Positions 10,461 to 14,952 of a stretch of 14,952 nt of DNA are shown one piece after another; within the stretch, counting starts at the first letter, position 1, and each line of letters starts with the position of its first letter. A program made the translations under genes and the position numbers. The notes beneath the pieces are model-generated. The model did no database searches and was not told the origin of the DNA. It saw only the letters and a list, made by a program, of their open reading frames with translations. Source of the stretch: Octopus sinensis (lineage: Eukaryota); assembly GCF_006345805.1 (NCBI RefSeq), contig NW_021825704.1:1-14952 (forward strand), read 5' to 3'.

Positions 10461-10971
10461 TTTTTTTGGGTGGGGGGATATAGTAGTGCTGAGGTTTTAG
10501 TAAGAACAGCGCTGGTCGTGTGGGTTGAACTTCACAACCCAACTTTGAAAATGAGATTGCTGAATAAATCATACAAAATTCTTTAATTCAATTTCCTTTA
10601 ATTTTCTGAGGCGTAAATACATTTGTTGCCCAAGTGTGACTTGGTCACCGATGCAGTTTCACTGCAGTCGATTGGAATTTAGGTAGTGGCCGTTGTTATT
10701 CTTGTTCTTGTTGTTAAGCAACAAGACGGATAAGGGTGATTAGGTGATGGTTTAGGCCCCAGACCTTGGAAAATAAAATCTTTGGTCGTCTTGTTATAGT
10801 CGAGTGCTCTTCGTTGACGCCCGACACCACTGGGAGGTGGCCCTCGAATCGCTGGAAATGGAGACCTCCAGGTCCAAATTCTTGAACGGCTAGTTAGTGG
10901 CCTGTTCTTGTAGGCACGATTTATTTTATTTCCTAGTTGAACATTCGGCTTTGTTGTATTGAGTGATTTAA

Positions 10972-11191
10972 TCCTTTAGTATTCAGATTATTCTCTCAAA
11001 TTTAACATTTATTTATTCATATTGCTTCGAATTAATCCTCAAATATCTCATAGGTTTGATATTTCGATGATGTAATTGTATATTTTTAGAATGACATCAT
11101 AGGTTAGGCACAAGAGGCCAGATCTTGACAGTCTGAACATAAAACAGGTAGGATATTTGGGTAGAAAACGGCCAGTTTAAATGCTAAAGGG
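10972..11191. mobile_element. piggyBac-type MITE (degenerate)
   Basis: TTAA|TCCTTTAGTATTCAGA ... TTTAAATGCTAAAGGG: 12/16 terminal inverted repeat, left TTAA intact, right TTAA decayed. Confidence 0.65.
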
Positions 11192-11278
11192 TCCACTAAT
11201 TATTCCGTAATCTACTGTCCTTACTTTAAATGTATAAAGATTATAGAACAATGTTTAAAAGAAAACGATTTTGCTTAC

Positions 11279-11513
11279 CCGTTGGGTTGATGCTGACGTT
11301 GTAGGAAGGATTGTTACAAGCTGAGGAATTGAGATCAAATCGTTTCTTGGAAAATACAGTAAGGAAAAGCTTATCAAGTTCTGATTCTTGTACAAGAAAT
11401 AATTTGCCCGGCTGATAGTCAGTTGCCGAAATCTTGTAGTCGTAGTCGGCTTCATTTGGATAACTGTTGTTAAATGACCCATACACGGTGACCACACCAC
11501 ACTGGACCTTCAC
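11279..11513 (-). CDS. Exon A2 (235 nt, phase 0-1): VKVQCGVVTVYGSFNNSYPNEADYDYKISATDYQPGKLFLVQESELDKLFLTVFSKKRFDLNSSACNNPSYNVSINPT
   Basis: Acceptor gttgttttccccAG|GTG, donor ACGG|GTAAGC; paralogous to A1 and A3 without indels. Confidence 0.88.
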
Positions 11514-12200
11514 CTGGGGAAAACAACCATAGATGTAACATACAGAGTGACCGCACCAAATTGGATGCTCACCCGGAGGAAAACATAAGGGCTATAACAT
11601 ATACGGTATCCCTGACTTCATTAGACTGATTCATTTAGAAAGGGATTCCAAACTTTGTGCCATAAACTCACTGTCTCCTCCTCTTATCTATTCTACCGTT
11701 ACTACAACGTTGTCTTCTCAGAACTAGCTATATCCAATCCTTTCTCCCCACCAAAGTCAACCCAATCTTCAGAATTCCCTCCATTGCCCACATTTATCTT
11801 GAAGTCATAAACACACTGTCTCCTCCTATTGCCGCTTCTACCGTTACTACAACATCGTCTTCTCAGAATTAGTTATCCGAATACCAGCCCCTCAAAGGCA
11901 ACCATGACACTCCCACCTTTACCCTCCTCATCACCCACTCTGTGTCTTAACCTCACCTTTCCTGTACTAACCACTATGCCCAATCCTTTCTCCCCATCCA
12001 ATGTCAACCCCTCTCTAGAATTCCCTCCTTTGTCCACATTTATCGTGCAGCTATAAATGTCCCAAAATCAATAATTAGAATGTGACCACCTAGTCCTGGA
12101 AGGACTGAGTGGTTTATGGGTACTGTCCCGTCTTTCTCAATCATCCATAAAAATATAAAAACATAATTCAGTTAACATAGTACTAGAATATTCGTCTTAC

Positions 12201-12322
12201 CACAACTGTTGTACCCAAGGTGGACTTTGTCGTGTTGGTGACCTGCAGGACTTGCTGTTTGTCTCGGTAGTTTTTGGAATGGCCATATTGAGTAACTGAG
12301 GTGTGTTCCACAACGGTCGGAG
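12201..12322 (-). CDS. Exon B1 (122 nt, phase 1-0): (A)PTVVEHTSVTQYGHSKNYRDKQQVLQVTNTTKSTLGTTVV
   Basis: Acceptor ccttctgtttccAG|CT, donor GTG|GTAAGA; phases join exon A1 to exon A2 in frame. Confidence 0.85.
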
Positions 12323-12549
12323 CTGGAAACAGAAGGTTACGTTTAAGGAGGCAAAACATAGCAGTTAAACAAAATATAATATAATTATATGTGTCCCATA
12401 GAGGAAATGGCAAAGAACGGGGATAATTGGTGATACAAAATTATGAAAATCTGCTCATCCTGATAGAACTGACATTTAGAAGCCCCACCTGGGGATGTAT
12501 TGCATGTATATTGCAGACGTTTTTCGTTTTGAAATTTTTCAGTTAATGA

Positions 12550-13500
12550 TACGCTTTTTGAGAGATAAGTAAACTTTTTTTAATTAAGAAATATTATTGT
12601 ACTCTATATAATTGATTGTTAAATATAAATTTATAATTTTTAATTTGTTAATGATAATTTAGATATGAACATTTATTTAATTAACTATAAGTTTCTTATT
12701 ATATTTCTAGTCATTTTATGTATCTAGTACTATTAAATTTAATAATAATAGTAATAATAAGTATTTTATACGTTTTTAATTTGGAATTTTTTCAATTCTT
12801 AATTTGTATTTCATAAATATTTTCTAAAGATAGCTATAATACTTGGTTATATGTTTGTGTTTATTTATAAAAAAAATATAGATTTATAATTACTATATTT
12901 GTTGATTATGATTTAGATACTTATTTTTATGTATTTTTTATTTTATAATTAATATATGCGAACTAAAATCTAAAAATATTAATAGTGATTGCTTTGCTAA
13001 ATAGTTTGATAATTAAATATTAGAGTATAACTAGGTTAAAGATATTCTATAGTTTATCAATGTTTTTTTATGCTAAATTAATCTTCACAGATAAATACAT
13101 TTTTCAATCTATTTACTGTATTTTTTTTACCTTAAATATTTAACATAAATGTAATGTAGGAAACTGATCCGAATGTTTTAAATTTCAATTTTAGTTAATG
13201 GGGTTTCTTCTATAAGAAAAATCATTATTTTATTTATTTATTTAAATAAATATTGTTTAACTCTATTTGCTTATTTATTTAACTATTATTGTTAACCTGA
13301 AGATTGACTATAATTTTAAATTGAATTAATTTCAATTAAATTTAAATTTAATTGTATTTTGAATTTAATTATATCCATGAAACGTACGTAGTATCTTTAC
13401 TTATATATTGATCATTCATTTTTATACTTTTTGAGATCTAGTTATATGGTTTGTGACTATTATTGTTTGAATTACATAATAGTGGTTTTATCTCTAATAT
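12550..13500 (+). mobile_element. AT-rich interspersed element, possibly a Penelope-like pseudo-LTR
   Basis: Non-coding and very AT-rich; ends in AATAGTGGTTTTATCTCTAAT, a motif also seen at 9344-9358, 9598-9617 (reverse) and 8927-8939 (reverse); contains a hammerhead-like motif. Left boundary uncertain. Confidence 0.45.
13291..13395 (+). ncRNA. Degenerate type I hammerhead-ribozyme-like motif
   Basis: CTGAAGA (13297-13303), stem II TATAATT/AATTATA closing a long AT loop, GAAA (13379-13382), palindromic stem III ACGTACGT, GUA site ending at 13390. Stem I has only ~2 bp and the base of stem II is mismatched. Confidence 0.4.
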
Positions 13501-13551
13501 ATATCCTAGTTGAACATTTGGATTTGTGGTAATCATGTTGAGAGACTTTAA

Positions 13552-13733
13552 TCCTTTAGTATTCAGATTATTCTCTTAAATTTAACATTTATCTATTCAT
13601 ATTGCTTTGAATTAATCCTGCAATATCTCATAGCTTTCAGATTTCAATGATGTGATTGTATATTTTTAGAATGACACCATAGGGTAGGTGTAAGAGACCA
13701 GACCTGCATTTGGTCAGTTCAAATGCTAAATGG
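13552..13733. mobile_element. piggyBac-type MITE, duplicated copy with an internal deletion
   Basis: Paralogous to 10972-11191 at the same intronic position; ends TTCAAATGCTAAATGG. Confidence 0.6.
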
Positions 13734-13818
13734 TTTTGGTTATTCCATAATCCACTGTCCCAGCTTGATAGGTATAAAGATTATAGAACTATGTTTAAAA
13801 GAAAACGAAGTAGCTTAC

Positions 13819-14053
13819 CTGTTGGGTTGATGTTGATGTCATAGGAAGGATTGTTACAAGCTGAGGATTTGAGATCAAATCGAGTTTTTGAAAGGACAGT
13901 AAGGGCAAGTTTATTAAGTTCTGATTCTTCTGCAAGAAATAATTTCCCCGGCTGATCATCAGTTGCCAAAGCCTTGTAGTCGTAGTCGGCTTCATTGGGA
14001 TAACTGTTGTGAAATGAAGCATATACAGTGACCACACCACACTGGACCTTCAC
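13819..14053 (-). CDS. Exon A1 (235 nt, phase 0-1): VKVQCGVVTVYASFHNSYPNEADYDYKALATDDQPGKLFLAEESELNKLALTVLSKTRFDLKSSACNNPSYDININPT
   Basis: Acceptor gttattttctacAG|GTG, donor ACAG|GTAAGC; same length and phase as two paralogous exons; no stops. Confidence 0.88.
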
Positions 14054-14220
14054 CTGTAGAAAATAACAACAGATATAATAAACAGAGTGACCACATCAAA
14101 CTGGACTCTAACCTGGAGATAGCAAAAATGGTATAACATGTACGGTGTCCCTGATTTCATCTGACTGATTCCTTTAGAAATGGTGTCCAAACCTTGTTCC
14201 ATAAACCCAGTGTCTCTTCC

Positions 14221-14622
14221 TCTTTTACTCTTTTACTCTTTTACTTGTTTCAGTCATTTGACTGTGGCCATGCTAGGGCACCGCCTTTAGTCGAGCAAAT
14301 CGACCCCAGGATTTATTCTTTGTAAGCCTTGTACTTATCCTATCGGTCTCTTTTGCCGAACCGTTAAGTGACGGAGACATAAACACACCAGCATCGGTTG
14401 TCAAGCAATGCAAAAGGGACAAACACAGACACACAAACTTACACACACACATATATATATATATACGGCGGGCTTCTTTCAGTCCACCAAATCCGCTCAC
14501 AAGGTTTTGGTTGGCCCGAGGCTATAGTAGAAGACACTTGCCCAAGATGCCACGCAGTGGGACTGAACCCAGAACCATGTGGCTGGTAAGCAAGCTACTT
14601 ACCACATAGCCACTCTTACGCC
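14221..14622 (-). mobile_element. tRNA-derived SINE (family 1), inverted copy
   Basis: Reverse-complement match to 2260-2667 with a (GAGTAAAA)n-like tail; the paralogous site near 11680 is empty. Confidence 0.9.
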
Positions 14623-14885
14623 TCCTGTTATCTATTCTAGCGTTACTACAACATTGTCTTCTCAGAACTATCTATACCCAATCCTTTCTCCCCACCAATG
14701 TTAACCCGCTCTTCAGAATTCCCTCCATTGCCCACATTTATCTTGAAGTCATCAATAATTAGAATGTGATCAACCAGTCCTGGAAGGACCGAGAGGTTTA
14801 TGGGTTCTGTCCCTTCTTTTCCCAATCCTCCATAAAAATAGAAAACCACAATTCAGTTGATATAGTTCTAGAATATTCGTCTTAC

Positions 14886-14952
14886 CACAACTGTTGTAAC
14901 CCAGGCGGACTTTGTCGTGTTGGTGATCTGCAGGACTTGTTTTTTGTCTCGT
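14886..14952 (-). CDS. Exon B0 (5' end outside window) of a modular repeat-domain protein: ...RDKKQVLQITNTTKSAWVTTVV
   Basis: Close paralogue of exon 12201-12322; open frame; phase-0 donor GTG|GTAAGA (GT at 14885-14884). Confidence 0.8.

Larger units (their letters stand above)
10931..14952. repeat. Intragenic tandem duplication: ~10931-12270 versus ~13504-14952 (continues off the window)
   Basis: Exon A, exon B and the intron sequence are collinear and alignable, starting TCCTAGTTGAACATT in both copies. Confidence 0.92.

Noticed and set aside
7630-10572. ORF-track peptides rich in IY, VC, HT or poly-V
   Set aside because: Translations of microsatellites and SINEs, not genes.
12201-12242. 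42-nt micro-exon using an internal CAG
   Set aside because: Poor pyrimidine tract and phase 0 would not join exon A1; the 122-nt exon fits the phases and matches B2 in length.
12550-13500. Mitochondrial insertion (numt)
   Set aside because: AT-rich, but I found no recognisable mitochondrial rRNA, tRNA or protein motif; it shares a terminus with other local repeats.

Overview
Eukaryotic, repeat-rich genomic DNA, most likely a cephalopod such as Octopus (inferred from SINE/MITE style and dense (TA)n tracts; not proven). The whole window lies inside one minus-strand gene that the ORF track does not assemble. Six exons (one cut by the window edge) form three tandem copies of a two-exon module: 122-nt exon B (phase 1-0) plus 235-nt exon A (phase 0-1), 119 aa per module. 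One extra 84-nt Cys-containing phase 1-1 exon is probable. All splice sites are canonical GT-AG and the spliced frame is open. The product looks like a modular extracellular protein of an unrecognised family. The introns hold a ~3.6-kb tandem array of a 158-bp piece of an RTE-clade LINE ORF, two opposed Penelope-like remnants (one interrupted by a Tx1/L1 fragment), four tRNA-derived SINEs, a non-autonomous Helitron, two piggyBac-type MITE copies, a ~420-bp AT-rich foldback, an AT-rich element with a degenerate hammerhead-ribozyme-like motif, and many microsatellites.
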